A stretch of DNA of 64,000 nucleotides from Planktothrix sp. GU0601_MAG3 (GCA_035193785.1 CP136572.1:3796578-3860577), one strand, 5' to 3'. Counted from the stretch's first letter, positions 50,575 through 63,068 are shown. The notes: generated by a model from the letters alone, not told the origin. Program-made: numbers and translations.

Positions 50575-50773
50575 CTACTCCTGGGCAAAATTGGGTTTCT
50601 AGTCCCCAATGGTGTTTGAGAAAATGTTGATACATATTTTCTCTGACCATCATGTGTTCATAGAGGTTAATTAAAAATTCCTGAGCCTGCTCTGGACTCA
50701 TTTGACCGACTTGCATTTTGAAGGAGGTGAGGTTGAATTGTTGCTCAAGAGATAACTTTGCGGGTTGGTTCAT
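50575..50773 (-). CDS. nblA: Phycobilisome degradation protein NblA (frameshift at 50595-50599; corrected end WGLEPNFAQE*)
   Basis: LSLEQQFNL.SF..QV.QMS.EQAQEFL..LYE.MM.REN.Y..FLKH.WGL. Confidence 0.93.
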
Positions 50774-50800
50774 GGCTGACTCCTACGGGTTCTCTAGTAT

Positions 50801-50818
50801 TGTTAACAAGTGTAACAA
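50801..50818 (-). promoter_or_regulatory. HLR1-like (RpaB) direct repeat upstream of nblA
   Basis: Minus strand TTGTTACAC-TTGTTAACA. Confidence 0.45.
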
Positions 50819-50867
50819 GTATTTGACAAATTGTCCACTACCTTCTAGGAAGATAGGTGTTGTTATG

Positions 50868-50908
50868 AAGATAGCAAATATTTTTAGAGATGGTGTAGCA
50901 CAGGATAC
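50868..50908 (-). promoter_or_regulatory. NtcA-activated promoter of nblA
   Basis: GTA-tcctgtgc-TAC (50895-50908), 21 nt spacer, then TGc-TATCTT -10 box. Confidence 0.65.
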
Positions 50909-51065
50909 GAGTTTTAACTACAACCCCTCAAGATCCCAAGACTCAAGGGGAATTGAGGACTTATTAATTGCGGAATCCTTTAATTTGGATGTGTTAAAGT
51001 AATATAGAGGATTTGAAAATCTTATAGGTTTTTGATATTTGACTCATAAGGATGTGTAATTCAAG

Positions 51066-51290
51066 ATGACTCTTTCTCAGACTAATCAACCCAAGCACTT
51101 ATGGAGTCGATTCCGTTTCCTGTCCTACGGTGTACTCGGTCTTCTGATTTTCTATTTCAATTCGACTTGGGATTCTAATATTTTTGTTAAAGGATATTTA
51201 ACACTCATAGAAGTACAAACTTCTCTGGTTTTGTTATACTTTATGATAGCTAGGCTTTCCAAAAGCCCCACCCGCAAAATTGATCTTTAA
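51066..51290 (+). CDS. Small membrane protein
   Basis: 74 aa, two hydrophobic segments. Confidence 0.55.
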   Translation: MTLSQTNQPKHLWSRFRFLSYGVLGLLIFYFNSTWDSNIFVKGYLTLIEVQTSLVLLYFMIARLSKSPTRKIDL

Positions 51291-51349
51291 TTCCTACTGA
51301 TCTAACCTATATTAGTCTTTTGAATATTTGAAATTCAGGAGAAAACCTA

Positions 51350-51697
51350 ATGAAAAATAAATTCTTAGCCGCTTTACTCGCTTTCTTTTTAGGTGCATTG
51401 GGGATTCATAAGTTTTATTTAGGGGAAAATTTTGGGGGACTTCTCTATCTCCTATTTTCCTGGACTTTTATTCCCGCTATTCTTGCCTTCTTTGATTTTC
51501 TGGGTTTATTATTAATGTCTGAGCAAACCTTTAATGCTAAATTTAATCCCGGTTTTTACAATGCAACTTTAAACGGGACTAATTCTCGTCAGGATGTGAC
51601 GACCGCCATTGCCCAATTGAAAAAACTCTATGATCAAGATGCGATTACCGCCGAAGAATATGAAGAAAAACGTCGCAAATTATTAAATGAATTGTAA
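51350..51697 (+). CDS. TM2 (NINE) domain protein with C-terminal SHOCT
   Basis: KNKFLAALLAFFLGALGIHKFYLG; LKKLYDQDAITAEEYEEKRRKLL. Confidence 0.88.
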   Translation: MKNKFLAALLAFFLGALGIHKFYLGENFGGLLYLLFSWTFIPAILAFFDFLGLLLMSEQTFNAKFNPGFYNATLNGTNSRQDVTTAIAQLKKLYDQDAITAEEYEEKRRKLLNEL

Positions 51698-51709
51698 ATA
51701 TTAATAGGA

Positions 51710-52424
51710 GTGACATTCAAGGTGTCTAATCTATCCCAATGGTTTCAGAAAACCCCGCAGTGGTTATACTGGTCTCTATTTCCCGTATTGGGAGGATTAG
51801 CCATTGTCTATGCGGGCAGTAAAACCAAAACCCAATCCTGGGTTTACACGGGTTTGGGGTTTGTGGCGGCGGCTTTTATCTTATCAAATAGTTTCTTTGA
51901 GTGGGATTATTTGGATTGCTCAAATTGCCACGGCGATCGCCCTAAAAAAAGAATTTCTAGCCAAAACCTATCCTAATTCTTTAACTAATTCCCAGGAATC
52001 ACAACTGATTAAATTAATTGCCAAACATCGAGATAAAATTGATATTAATAATTGTTCCAAACATGACCTAGTTCACAGCTTAGACTTACCGATTGTTTAT
52101 GCTAACGAAATTGAGGAAATGAAACGGGAAGGCTATAATTTTACCAGTTTAGAAGAACTTTCAGAATTAATTGGGATTCCCGAAGCCACTTTAACACGCA
52201 TTGAACCTCTGGTTTCATTTGGGTTTGATATTAATAGAGAAATTCATCATTCCTGGCGACGATTAAATGTTTTATCTATGGATGAATTAGTGAGTTTAGG
52301 ACTCCATCTCAATGCGGCTAAAATTATTGTTTTAGAACGTCAGCAACGTGGGGGTTATAAATCTTTCCTTGATTTCAAAAAACGGACAAAACTACCATTA
52401 CATATCTATCGCCATATTTTATGA
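51710..52424 (+). CDS. Membrane-anchored ComEA-like helix-hairpin-helix protein (frameshift at 51891-51895)
   Basis: N-terminal TM segments, KIDINNCS, FTSLEEL..IGIP, second HhH RQQRGGYKS. Confidence 0.78.
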
Positions 52425-52515
52425 TTAGGGCATTAAATTATGGTATTAGGCATTATTTATAATGTAATCAAAATTAAGATATTTTTTTAGTTTTTAGTTA
52501 TTTTGCTCTAAAACC

Positions 52516-53728
52516 ATGAGATATTTACAACAATCAACTCAACTTCATAAAAAATTCTCTGAGCAAGTCAATGAAAAGATTTTGGCTGATCGTAATAAAT
52601 TTACGCAATCTGTAAAAGATACTTTTAATAGTGATATTTTTGGAGATTTTGCTTCAGTGATATTTGATATCAAGCAATCTAAAAACCAATTTAAAGGTAA
52701 ATTAGGTGAAACAATCATCTCATTCCTATTAAAATCTTTACCTGATAGCTGGGTTATGTTTAGCAATGCACTGATTCCTACATCCTCTGGGAGATTAACA
52801 GAAATTGATCACTTAGTTATTGGTGCTGAGGGTATTTTTCTAATTGAAGTTAAAACTTGGAAAGGATCATATAGTGCTTACAAAGATCAATGGAAAATTC
52901 GAGATGGAAAGCACTGGGTTTCCTCTGTCTAAAAGTCCTAGTGAGCAAAGTCGATATCATCAGCAGGTTTTTACTGAATGGATTCACAAGCAAGTTGTTG
53001 ATTTACCGTCAGATTTTATAACCGCACCTGTTGTATTTACCTTAGCAAAGTGGATAGGAACTAATCAATGTTCTGTTCCGGTAGTCCAGGGAAGTGTAGC
53101 ATTACTAGAACTCTTACAAGATACACCAGTTCGTCTCAATTCTCAACAAATACAAGCAGTATCAGATGCGGTACAATATCTACCAAGTGATAATGCTATA
53201 GAACAAAAAACTTCAAAGCCAGAAATAGTAAAAAAGCCGAGAATAGAAATAGTCAAGCAGTCTAAAATAGAAATACTAGAAAGTAATGAATTGACGATTT
53301 TGAAACAAGCGACTAATGATGTCCTAAATTGGTTAAAAAATTTACCTCAAACTTTAGATATACAAAGAGTTGAAACACTACCCGAATATAAATCAAAACA
53401 AATCGATTTATTATTAACAACAAACAAAGGAATTTTTAAAATAAAAATAAAACCTGATCAATGGGATAAAACAGAAAACTTTTTCTTAGAAGCAAATCCT
53501 TTAGGATATTTTATGATTAGTGAAGCTGATTGGTTATTTTATTACTTTATGAATCCTCGTTTACTATATCTTTTACCGCTACCAGAAACACGAAATTGGC
53601 TTAAAGATAACCTTAATCAATTTCCTTCAAAAATTATTGAAAATGAAAACTATAAAACTATCGGAAAATCAGTAAAAATTCATACCGTTATGGAAAATAT
53701 TAATGAAGCTAGGATGATTCAGTTATAA
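52516..53728 (+). CDS. NERD domain protein with second C-terminal PD-(D/E)XK-like domain (frameshift at 52918-52922)
   Basis: GKLGE, TEIDHLVIG..GIFLIEVKTWKG; C-terminal IDLLL..KIKIKPD..TENFFLE..SEADWLFYYF. Confidence 0.75.
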
Positions 53729-53833
53729 TAAACTGACTGTAATTAGGTAGGGTGTGTAAGCAACGCTCGCGCACCATTGGCTAAACTTAATTTTGAGGTT
53801 TGCAATACAAACAAATGATGAGCGTAGCACATC

Positions 53834-56380
53834 TTACAAATGCAAAGGATCAATATCAATTGTAATATAAACAGAACCGGAATTAAAATCAGAAAATTTA
53901 GGCAAAATCATAGAAGAATCTTGAGCAGTTTTAATTAAAATTTGCCAGCGATAACGGTTAGCAACTCGAAGAATCGGAGCCGGAGCAGGGCCCAATAATT
54001 CAAAATCGGAATCAAGATTATTTTCTAATAAAAACTCTGCTAATCTTTGGGCAGTTTGTTCAACATCTTGCTGATTAAAACTACTCAAACGGAACAAGAT
54101 TAAACGACCATAGGGCGGATAATTTAACTCCTGTCGCTGTTGTAATTCCGTAGCAACAAAAGACTCATAATCATGGCGTTGTACCGCTTGAATTACCGGA
54201 TTTTCGGGGGTGTAGGTTTGTAAAATTACTCGCCCTGGATCATTCCCCCGTCCCGCCCGTCCCGCCACTTGAACTAAGGTTTGAAAAGCCCGTTCACTAG
54301 CGCGATAATCTGATAAATGTAATAACCCATCTGCGGACACAATTCCTACCAAACTAACGGACTCTAAATCTAATCCTTTAGTTAACATTTGGGTTTCCCA
54401 CTAATAGATCCGCTTCTCCATTGGCAAACTGAGTTAATAGGGTGCGATGGGCATTTTTTCGGGAGGTAGTATCACTATCAAACCGAATACATTTTAACTC
54501 GGGAAATAACCGATTTAATTCTTCTGTAACCCGTTGGGTTCCACTGCCAAAATGTTTAAAATAAGGAGAATCACAATCGGGACAATGTTGGGGATAGAGT
54601 TGGCTATAATTACAATAATGACATCTCAAAAGTTGGGCGGCATTTTGATGTTCGTGATGATAGGCTAAGGACACATCACAATGGGGACATTCCATCACAT
54701 AACCGCAACTACGACAGGAAACAAAGGTACTATGTCCCCGACGATGAATAAATAATATCCCCTGTTGACGGGTTTCTTTTAATCGATGTAGGGCGGTTTG
54801 TAAATCATAACTAAAAATAGAGCGATTTCCTTGACGCAATTCTTGACGCAGATCAACTATTTTTATCGGTGGCATTGGTCGCGCTTGAATACGTTCGGGA
54901 AGGGATAAATAAAACCGATTTTGTTGAGTTTTGTGTTTAATTTCTAACCAACTTTCTAAGGAGGGAGTTGCCGATCCTAATATTAAGGGACAGTTTTCTA
55001 ATTCTGCCCGCCATTGGGCAACTTTTCGGGCATGATAACAGGGAGAGGGTTGATCTTGTTTGAAACTACTATCATGTTCTTCATCTAAAATAATTAATCC
55101 TAATTTCGGTAAAGGTGCGAAAATAGCCGAACGAGTTTCCGATAATAATTTGGGGTAAACCTAAAGTCATATTCCGCCAAGTATCATAACGTTCCCCATC
55201 GGAAAGAGCGCTATGATAAACAAAGACTTGTTCGCCAAAACGGGCGCGAAATCGGTCAGTTAATTGGGGAGTTAAGCCAATTTCAGGAACTAAGACTAAG
55301 GCGGATTTTCCGATGTTTAGAATGGGGGCGATCGCCTGTAAATAAACTTCGGTTTTTCCCGAACCCGTAACTCCATGTAATAATAATTGAGCATAAGTGG
55401 ATAAACTGTTAATTGCTTGTAAAGATTCTGTTTGATATTGATTTAATATTTTCGGCTGATCGGAAGTTTGAAAAATTCCTTGATTCTGTCTTAAAACTTC
55501 CCTTTCAGTAATTACAATACAGCCTTTTTCGGCTAAATTTTTTAACAGACTAGAACTGGTACTACAAATTTTTATTAAATCATTAAACCACAGTTCTCCC
55601 CCTTGTTGCTTGAGAACTTTAATCACCAGAATTAAAACTTCCTGTTGACGGGTAGTTAAATCTAAAGGGATAATATCATCAACTAATGTCACCGCTTGTT
55701 TTAATTTGGGACGGGGAGGACTGGGGGGTTTCTAAATAACTTTCGATCCAGTTTCTTTGTAATAAATCTTTTAATCCCCGTTGGGAATTAATCACATTTT
55801 GTTTTAAATATTTCCAAGTAAAATCTCCGGTAGCTGAAGATTGCAATAGATTTAAAATAGCAGCCGCCGCCGGATTTAAAAATAATTGAGCATCCTTTGG
55901 GAGTGTTTCAGAAATTAAACGAATCCGACGTTGACTTTTTCCTAATAACCCTGGGGGTAAAGCAGTCCGAATAACTTGAATTAACGGAGTTTGATAATAA
56001 TTAGAAACCTGTTGTAAGAGTTGCCAATAATTGGCGGGAAAAAAGCCACTACAAATAATATCTTCAACGGCTTTAACTTTATTTTCAGGTAAATCGAGAG
56101 GCAATTGATCCATCAACCGGATCACAATTCCACCTAATTGTTGATTTCCAAAAGGAACACTAACAATATCTCCTGGTTTAATGATTAAATCTTGAGGAAC
56201 CCGATAAGTAAATAGTTTTTGTTCCTCTTTTTCCTCCGAATTAAAACCATAGGGAACATCTACTAATACTTCAATAAATCCCCCTGAACCCAAAGTAGAA
56301 TTACCTGAATCATCCTGATAGTAAGATGCACCAGATTCAGCAACAATAAACTTAGATTGATCGCAAGTCAAAGAAGACAT
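53834..56380 (-). CDS. priA: Primosomal protein N' (frameshifts at 55728, 55135, 54393)
   Basis: LHGVTGSGKTEVY, LVPEIGLTPQ, CxxC zinc motifs, QVAGRAGR, LGPAPAP. Confidence 0.95.
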
Positions 56381-56468
56381 CAGCAGTTTTTGTTGAGTGT
56401 TAATTCCGAGAAGGGTGGCGGATAACGGAGCAGAAAAACCGAACACCGACACCACTTAGATTAAGTAT

Positions 56469-57627
56469 TTAAGTATTATCTAATAAATCGACAATTGCTT
56501 GTCGTTCAGAAGATTTATTATTAAAAACTTGACGGGTATCCGTAATTAACCAATCAAGTGCCGCCGCTTGCACATCAATGGAAGCCCCCAGCTTATCCAC
56601 ACAATAGCGCCCAAATACCAATTTATCCACTAAACGCACCCCCTGCCCCAAACGGGAATATTCAAAAATCACGCTATTATCCACATAGGCATCGCTGCAA
56701 ACCCAGCAATTTGGGCCAATCATTGTCGGGCCAATAATCGTCGCTCCGTCCTCAATTCGAGTCATTCCACCAATATAAACCGGGCCTTGGATATTAACTT
56801 TATCCCAATTCACCGCCACATTCAGCCCCGTATATATCCCCGGACGCACCTGTTTACCGGGAATAGAAACATTTTTAATATATCCTAACAGCACACTGCG
56901 AATGGCTTGCCAATAGTCGGGGACTTTCCCAATATCCACCCATTCAAAATCCATAGAAATCCCATAAAAAGGAGCATCAATTTCTACTAAATGGGGGAAT
57001 AATTCACTCCCAATATCATACTCACAGCCCGAAGGAATATATTTAAAAATCTCTGGCTCAAAAATATAAATTCCCGTATTAATATCAGTGCTGAGGGCTT
57101 CATTTACCGGGGGTTTTTCTTGGAAAGCTTTAATTCGACCTGTTTCATCCGTGACCACAACCCCATAACTAGAAACTTCATTTTTAGGAACAGATTTCAT
57201 CACAATAGTGGCAATGGCTCCCTTTTCTTTATGCCATTTTACCGCCGCGCTTAAATCCAAATCAATTAACGCATCGCCACATAAAACCACAAAAGTATCA
57301 TCGAAAAAGGGATTAAAATCTTGAATTCGTCTCATCCCTCCCGCCGAAACCTAATGCTTCTCCAATTAAATTGCCGTCTTCAATTCGTCCCTCAAAAGAA
57401 TAGGCGATATGAACGCCGAACTTCTGACCATCACGAAAATAGTTTTCAATTTCATCAGCTAAATGACTGACATTGACCATAATTTGGTCGAAACCGTGCG
57501 TCCGTAGTAATTCTACCAAAAATTCCATCACTGGTTTTTGCAGAATCGGAATTAAAGGTTTAGGAATCGTATAAGTAATTGGACGGATACGAGTTCCTTT
57601 TCCGGCTGCTAAAATCATGGCTTTCAT
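56469..57627 (-). CDS. cugP: NDP-sugar synthase, cyanobacterial UTP--glucose-1-phosphate uridylyltransferase CugP type (frameshift at 57346-57350)
   Basis: MKAMILAAGKGTRIRPIT..PKP, VLCGDALID, FQEKP, WVDIG, C-terminal beta-helix. Confidence 0.8.
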
Positions 57628-57844
57628 GTTCACTTCCTCACAACCCTAGGCTATGTTTAAAATTATTCAATCAGACGCAACTCATTGACCAAAATCAGCA
57701 ATTGTTTTGTATTAACGAAGCAGTTGCACAGCAGAACTGCTCCATTCTACAATCTGAGTTTCGAGTCTGCTAGTCAATTAATAGCCTATCAAGGTTCATG
57801 GTGCTTAATCCGTAGAATCCCATAAAAGTTCAAATTACTTGATT

Positions 57845-58739
57845 TCAAGACTTAGCGGGCGGCTCTGTTAAAGAACGAACCTTTAGATCTTGGTAGAATT
57901 CCTCTTGAGCAAGTTCCACTTTAGATTGGGCTGATAATAATAATAGGGCCCAAAACACCCCCACCCGATCATGATTGGGGCCATGCTGAACGGGGATTTC
58001 TTCCGGGGGCGGAGGCTGTTCCGGTTGCTTCATCTCCAACCACAGACTCAATAACTGCTCCAAATCAAACCATTCTGGACTCTGTTGTGCTCCTTGGTTT
58101 AAGAGTCGTTCAACTTCCGAGGCCATTTCGACTAAATTTTCTTGGTGGGCTAATTCAGCGATCGCCTTTGCGGTAGTGGCCCTGCTTTTAGCCGTATTCG
58201 CCCGGGGACGGGGACGGGCTTTTTGGGCGGCAATGGTAGCAGCCATCAGTTGCAACTGTTCAATCAGTTTCTTGCAAGGTCACTTGCCGTTTTTGAGGAA
58301 TTTTGGCAACAGCCCGCCGCCGGATTTGTTTTTCCAGTTGCTGGGGACGTTGCATCCCATTTCCCTCATCTTCCGGGTCGAGGAATTCTTCCCCCTCGAC
58401 TAAGCCCGCATTGGGGTCAAGGGTTTCCGTCGCCATTAAACTGTCAGCCTTGAGCAAGACTAACATGGAGGCATACAAAAACGCCTGACCCGACTGGGAC
58501 AACTCGGCAAAATTGTTGCTGGAGCTTGATTCCTCTGGGGGGGTCAGTTTACTTAAATAACGATCAATGACATCAATTACCTGCACATCCCAAGGATCAA
58601 TTTCCCCCCGTTGTGCCAGGTCAATTAAGAGCGCAATCCCCTCTGAGAGAGCCGTTAACGCATCTTGGGGGGTGGCAAGGGGTGGGGGAATGGGTTCGAT
58701 GGGTTTAGGGCTATAAATTGCGGAATCGCCTGAAATCAC
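57845..58739 (-). CDS. scpA: Segregation/condensation protein A (frameshift at 58267-58271)
   Basis: LIDLAQRGEIDPWDVQVI, RVGVFWALLLLS..KVEL.QEEFY. Confidence 0.88.
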
Positions 58740-58800
58740 TGAAGGTTCAAAACTCAGTAGTTCGCTGCATATCTAAACTATTGTAGACCAAAACCTTGAT

Positions 58801-58825
58801 TAATTACGAATTACGAATTACGAAT
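58801..58825. repeat. Heptamer tandem repeat (AATTACG)n
   Basis: taattacgaattacgaattacgaat. Confidence 0.7.
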
Positions 58826-59072
58826 GGGTAATGGATTTATTTGGTTGCGGTCTCCTCAACTGAAAATCCAAGCTAGGAATGCACCCAATCCAAGGGCGAT
58901 AATTAATTCAATAGAAAGGGGGGCTTGTATTGCTATTCCTTCGATTAGTTTAACCGTGGCTAGATCGGTATTTTGTAAACTAAATAATACTAATCATAAA
59001 CATATAATAAAAACAAACAAAAAGTTTAACGCACGCATTTTGATTTTCTCCTGTCGGGGGATATTGAGAGAG

Positions 59073-59103
59073 AGTAGAGAGACGCGCCGTGGCACGTCTC
59101 TAC
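59073..59103. repeat. REP-like palindrome
   Basis: gtagagagacgcgccgtggcacgtctctac. Confidence 0.75.
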
Positions 59104-59155
59104 GGGGGGGGGGAGCTATGTTGATTTTATTGTTTTTTGCGACTTGGTAATTGGG

Positions 59156-59953
59156 TTAAGCACCAGTGGGAATTGGGGATTTTCCAGCTTTAAATTTGGG
59201 GATAAAAGTATATTTGAGATAAATTCCTAAAGCCGTGATTAGGATAATTATAACTGTTCCAATCCCAATCGGACTGGGAACCCAAAAAATCGCTTCTAAT
59301 TGATTAATTTCTCCGGGTTTAAGTGTCCAGATCACCTGTTTTCCCTCCAGATCAACATTGAATAATAGAGGTGCTTCCGATCCTTCAGGAATACCGATTG
59401 GATTAATCACAGTCGCACCCCAGGGAGTGGTTAAGGCAAATTCTAATTCTAATATTTTCCCCGAACTAATCAGCACATTTTCCGAAGTGGAGAGTAGGGA
59501 AAGCGATCGCAAATCTAATTCCAAGTTAAGATGATTGCGTAGGGCAAAAAACCAATTATTTTGTTTAAGGTTTAAATTTGCAGAAAATTGGGGAAGTTCG
59601 ATATCGGATTTTTTCTGGGATTTTTTATTGTTGAATTCAGCAGGATTAAAAAATTGATTAAATTTTGTCTCTAAATCCTTACCATTATTAAAAGGAATAG
59701 TAACTAATATTTCCTGTTCAGACAGTCGTTTGGTTTTTCCTCTTAACTGTTTAACCCGTCCTTCTAAACTAGATATCCATTCATCCACTACATCATGACT
59801 AAAGCTAGTTAATTGTTCTCCTAACTGAATCTTTTGAACAATTTGACCATGGGTTTGATCCTGAAATGTCACTCCCACATCATATTTAACACAGCCACTC
59901 AACAGAAAAATGGCAGAAAAAACAATACTGAGTTGTTTGATAATTTTGATCAT
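59156..59953 (-). CDS. DUF3153 domain lipoprotein
   Basis: Lipobox LLSGC, IPFNNGKDLE.KFNQFF, WTLKPGEINQLEAIFWVPSPIGIG. Confidence 0.8.
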   Translation of the reverse strand: MIKIIKQLSIVFSAIFLLSGCVKYDVGVTFQDQTHGQIVQKIQLGEQLTSFSHDVVDEWISSLEGRVKQLRGKTKRLSEQEILVTIPFNNGKDLETKFNQFFNPAEFNNKKSQKKSDIELPQFSANLNLKQNNWFFALRNHLNLELDLRSLSLLSTSENVLISSGKILELEFALTTPWGATVINPIGIPEGSEAPLLFNVDLEGKQVIWTLKPGEINQLEAIFWVPSPIGIGTVIIILITALGIYLKYTFIPKFKAGKSPIPTGA

Positions 59954-60256
59954 GATTTTGTTCCTAGCCGTTAAAATTCAATTCAGTCCATTCTCCCGGT
60001 GTAGAAGAATTATTAGTTAAAGTCCATAATTACATTCTACTCTTGACACTAATACCAATTATCTTTCTGCACTCACTTCCTCAAGCAGCGAGCACAAACC
60101 CCATCTAAACCTGGTTGTGATCCTCTACCCTGGCCATTAGTACGGAAATTGCCACCTGTGGGAGTGTGAGTAACCCCCTCTCAAAAGGTTAAAATGGGAG
60201 AGGATCTTTCCAATCCATGAAACTCAAACCCCTACTACCAAAAAAACAGAGAAACT

Positions 60257-60582
60257 ATGGGATTCTTTGATTCAGACATCGTTCAACAAGAAGCTAAACA
60301 GCTATTTGAAGATTATCAATCCATGGTCAAACTGGGCAGTGATTATGGCAAGTTTGATCGGGAGGGAAAAAAACTCTATATTGATCAAATGGAGGCGGTA
60401 ATGGATCGTTACCGGATTTTTATGAAGCGGTTTGAACTTTCCGAGGATTTCATGGCCCAGATGACCGTTGAACAGTTACGCACCCAACTTGGCCAATTTG
60501 GAATTACCCCTGACCAAATGTTTGAACAGATGCACCGTATACCCTAGAACGGATGAAGTCGGAATTAGAAAAACAGCCCTAA
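60257..60582 (+). CDS. DUF1825 family protein (2-nt insertion at 60537-60542 GTATAC)
   Basis: MGFFDSDIVQQEAKQLF, GKFDREGK; corrected end HRTLERMKSELEKQP*. Confidence 0.85.
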
Positions 60583-60699
60583 TCCCCTCTATTTCCCGGA
60601 AAAAATCGGTGTCCCTGGGTTTATTTTGTTAAAATACATAAAGTAGACCCTCGTTAGCTTAACGGGAGTCCCCCCTATTATGCCTGTGAATATCATTTT

Positions 60700-62515
60700 A
60701 TGACTAACGTTCCAGTTTCTCGAATTCGTAATTTTTCTATTATTGCTCATATTGATCACGGGAAATCCACCCTGGCGGATCGGCTTTTGGAAGCAACGGG
60801 CTCCGTTCAAAAACGGGAAATGAAGGAACAATTTCTCGACTCCATGGACTTAGAGCGAGAACGGGGAATTACAATTAAATTGCAAGCCGCCCGGATGGAC
60901 TACAAAGCCGATGACGGCGAAGAATATGTCTTAAATTTAATTGATACTCCGGGTCACGTTGACTTTTCCTATGAAGTATCTCGGTCTTTAGCGGCTTGTG
61001 AAGGGGCGTTATTAGTGGTGGATGCGTCTCAGGGAGTGGAAGCACAGACTTTAGCTAATGTTTATCTCGCCTTAGAAAATAACTTAGAAATTATTCCGGT
61101 TTTAAATAAAATTGATTTACCCGGAGCGGAGCCCGATCGGATTAAAAGTGAAATTGAAGAAATTATTGGGCTAGACTGTTCGGGGGCGGTGTTAGCTTCG
61201 GCGAAAGAGGGAGTGGGAGTTCATGAGATTTTAGAGTCTATTGTCCGTTTAGTTCCTCCTCCCCAGGATACGGTTGATCAGAAATTACGCGCGTTAATTT
61301 TTGATAGTTATTATGATAGTTATCGTGGGGTAGTTGTTTATTTTCGGGTGATGGATGGCAGGCTAAAAAGAGGCGATCTCGTCCGATTAATGGCATCAGA
61401 AAAAGAATACGAAATCGACGAAATTGGCGTATTATCTCCGACTCAAGTTCCCGTTGATGAACTCCACGCCGGGGAAGTGGGCTATTTTTCGGCGGCGATT
61501 AGAGCCGTTGAAGATGCCCGGGTTGGGGATACAATTACTTTAGCTAATAGCCCGGCAGAAAAAGCCCTTCCTGGGTATACAGAAGCAAAACCGATGGTGT
61601 TTTGTGGGTTATTTCCCACGGATTCCGATCAATATCCTAACCTAAGAGAAGCCTTAGAAAAACTCAAATTAAATGACGCGGCGTTATCTTATGAACCGGA
61701 AACTTCTAGTGCGATGGGGTTTGGTTTCCGATGTGGATTTTTAGGGTTACTGCACATGGAAATTGTGCAAGAACGTTTAGAACGGGAATATAATTTAGAT
61801 TTAATTGCGACGTCTCCGTCTGTGGTTTATCAAGTTACAACTCAAAAAGGGGAAGTGATGATGATCGATAACCCCAGTCGTTTACCTGAACCCAACCATC
61901 GGGAAAAAATCGAGGAAACCCTATGTGCGGGTAGAAATGATTACTCCTGAAGCCTATGTAGGGAGTTTAATGGAGTTAGCTCAGGGTCGTCGGGGTGAAT
62001 TTAAGGATATGCGATATTTAGCCCGGGGACGGACAACCTTAGTTTATGAAGTGCCCTTAGCGGAAGTAGTAACGGACTTTTTTGATCAGATGAAATCCCG
62101 TTCCCGTGGTTATGCGAGTATGGAATATCATATTATTGGATATCGAGAAAATACCTTGGTTAAACTCGATATTATGATCAATAAAGATCCGATCGATTCT
62201 TTAGCGATGATTGTTCATCGAGATAAAGCCTATAATGTTGGACGGGCAATGGTGGAAAAACTCAAAGAATTGATTCCCCGCCATCAATTTAAAGTTCCCA
62301 TTCAAGCCACTATTGGCTCTAAAGTTATTGCCAGTGAAAGTATTCCGGCGTTAAGAAAAGATGTTTTAGCCAAATGTTATGGGGGAGATATTAGTCGGAA
62401 GAAAAAACTCTTACAGAAGCAAGCCAAAGGTAAAAAACGGATGAAATCCTTGGGTTCTGTGGATGTTCCCCAGGAGGCATTTATGGCGGTTTTACGGTTA
62501 AACCAAGAATCCTAA
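60700..62515 (+). CDS. lepA: Translation elongation factor 4 (frameshift at 61915-61919)
   Basis: [53 protein letters not shown]. Confidence 0.97.
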
Positions 62516-62524
62516 ATTATTATT

Positions 62525-62604
62525 GTAGAGACGTGCCACGGCGCGTCTCTCTACCCTCTCTCTACCCTCTTTGTATACTCTCTCTACCCTCTTTGTATAC
62601 TCTC
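62525..62604. repeat. REP-like palindrome plus tandem repeat
   Basis: gtagagacgtgccacggcgcgtctctctac then (ctctctaccctctttgtatact)x2. Confidence 0.7.
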
Positions 62605-62638
62605 CAAGCCGATCAATTATAGAAATACTTAAAACTCT

Positions 62639-62863
62639 ATGTCATATAAAGTTAGTGTGATTATTGAAAAAGACGATTGTGGTTATTATGCCTATGCTCC
62701 TGAACTTCCTGGTTGTCAATCTCAGGGTGATTCATTTGATGAGATTAAAGTAAATATCCAAGAAGCAATTGAATTATATTTAGAGACATTATCAGAGTCA
62801 GAAAAAAGAAGTTTATTAAGCCAAGAAATTATGATGATGACGATGGAGGTATCGGCTGCCTAA
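62639..62863 (+). CDS. hicB: HicB family antitoxin
   Basis: VIIEKDDCGYYAYAPELPGCQSQGDSFDE..NIQEAIELYLE. Confidence 0.9.
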   Translation: MSYKVSVIIEKDDCGYYAYAPELPGCQSQGDSFDEIKVNIQEAIELYLETLSESEKRSLLSQEIMMMTMEVSAA

Positions 62864-63059
62864 GTTACCCCGCCTTACGGCTAAAGAAGCTGAAAAACTT
62901 TTACTAGCCGCGGGTTTTATAGAATTTAGGAGCAAAGGCAGCCATCGGGTATATTTTAAAGATCATATCAGAGTAGTTATTCCTTTTCACTCTGGGAAAA
63001 TTTTACATCCCAAAATTATTCAGCAAGTCCAACAGGCGAGCAACCCAAAATTTGAATAA
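62856..63059 (+). CDS. hicA: HicA family toxin (67 aa, CTG start)
   Basis: (M)PKLPRLTAKEAEKLLLAAGFIEFRSKGSHRVYFKDHIRVVIPFHSGKILHPKIIQQV; RBS ggaggt 5 nt upstream; overlaps hicB stop. Confidence 0.82.
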   Translation: MPKLPRLTAKEAEKLLLAAGFIEFRSKGSHRVYFKDHIRVVIPFHSGKILHPKIIQQVQQASNPKFE

Positions 63060-63068
63060 AAAAATATT

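Noticed and set aside
50537..50599. C-terminally extended NblA
   Set aside because: The extension disappears on removing the extra base at 50595
58824..59150. 108-aa plus-strand ORF
   Set aside because: Runs through a REP palindrome and a G-run with no recognisable motif; probably spurious
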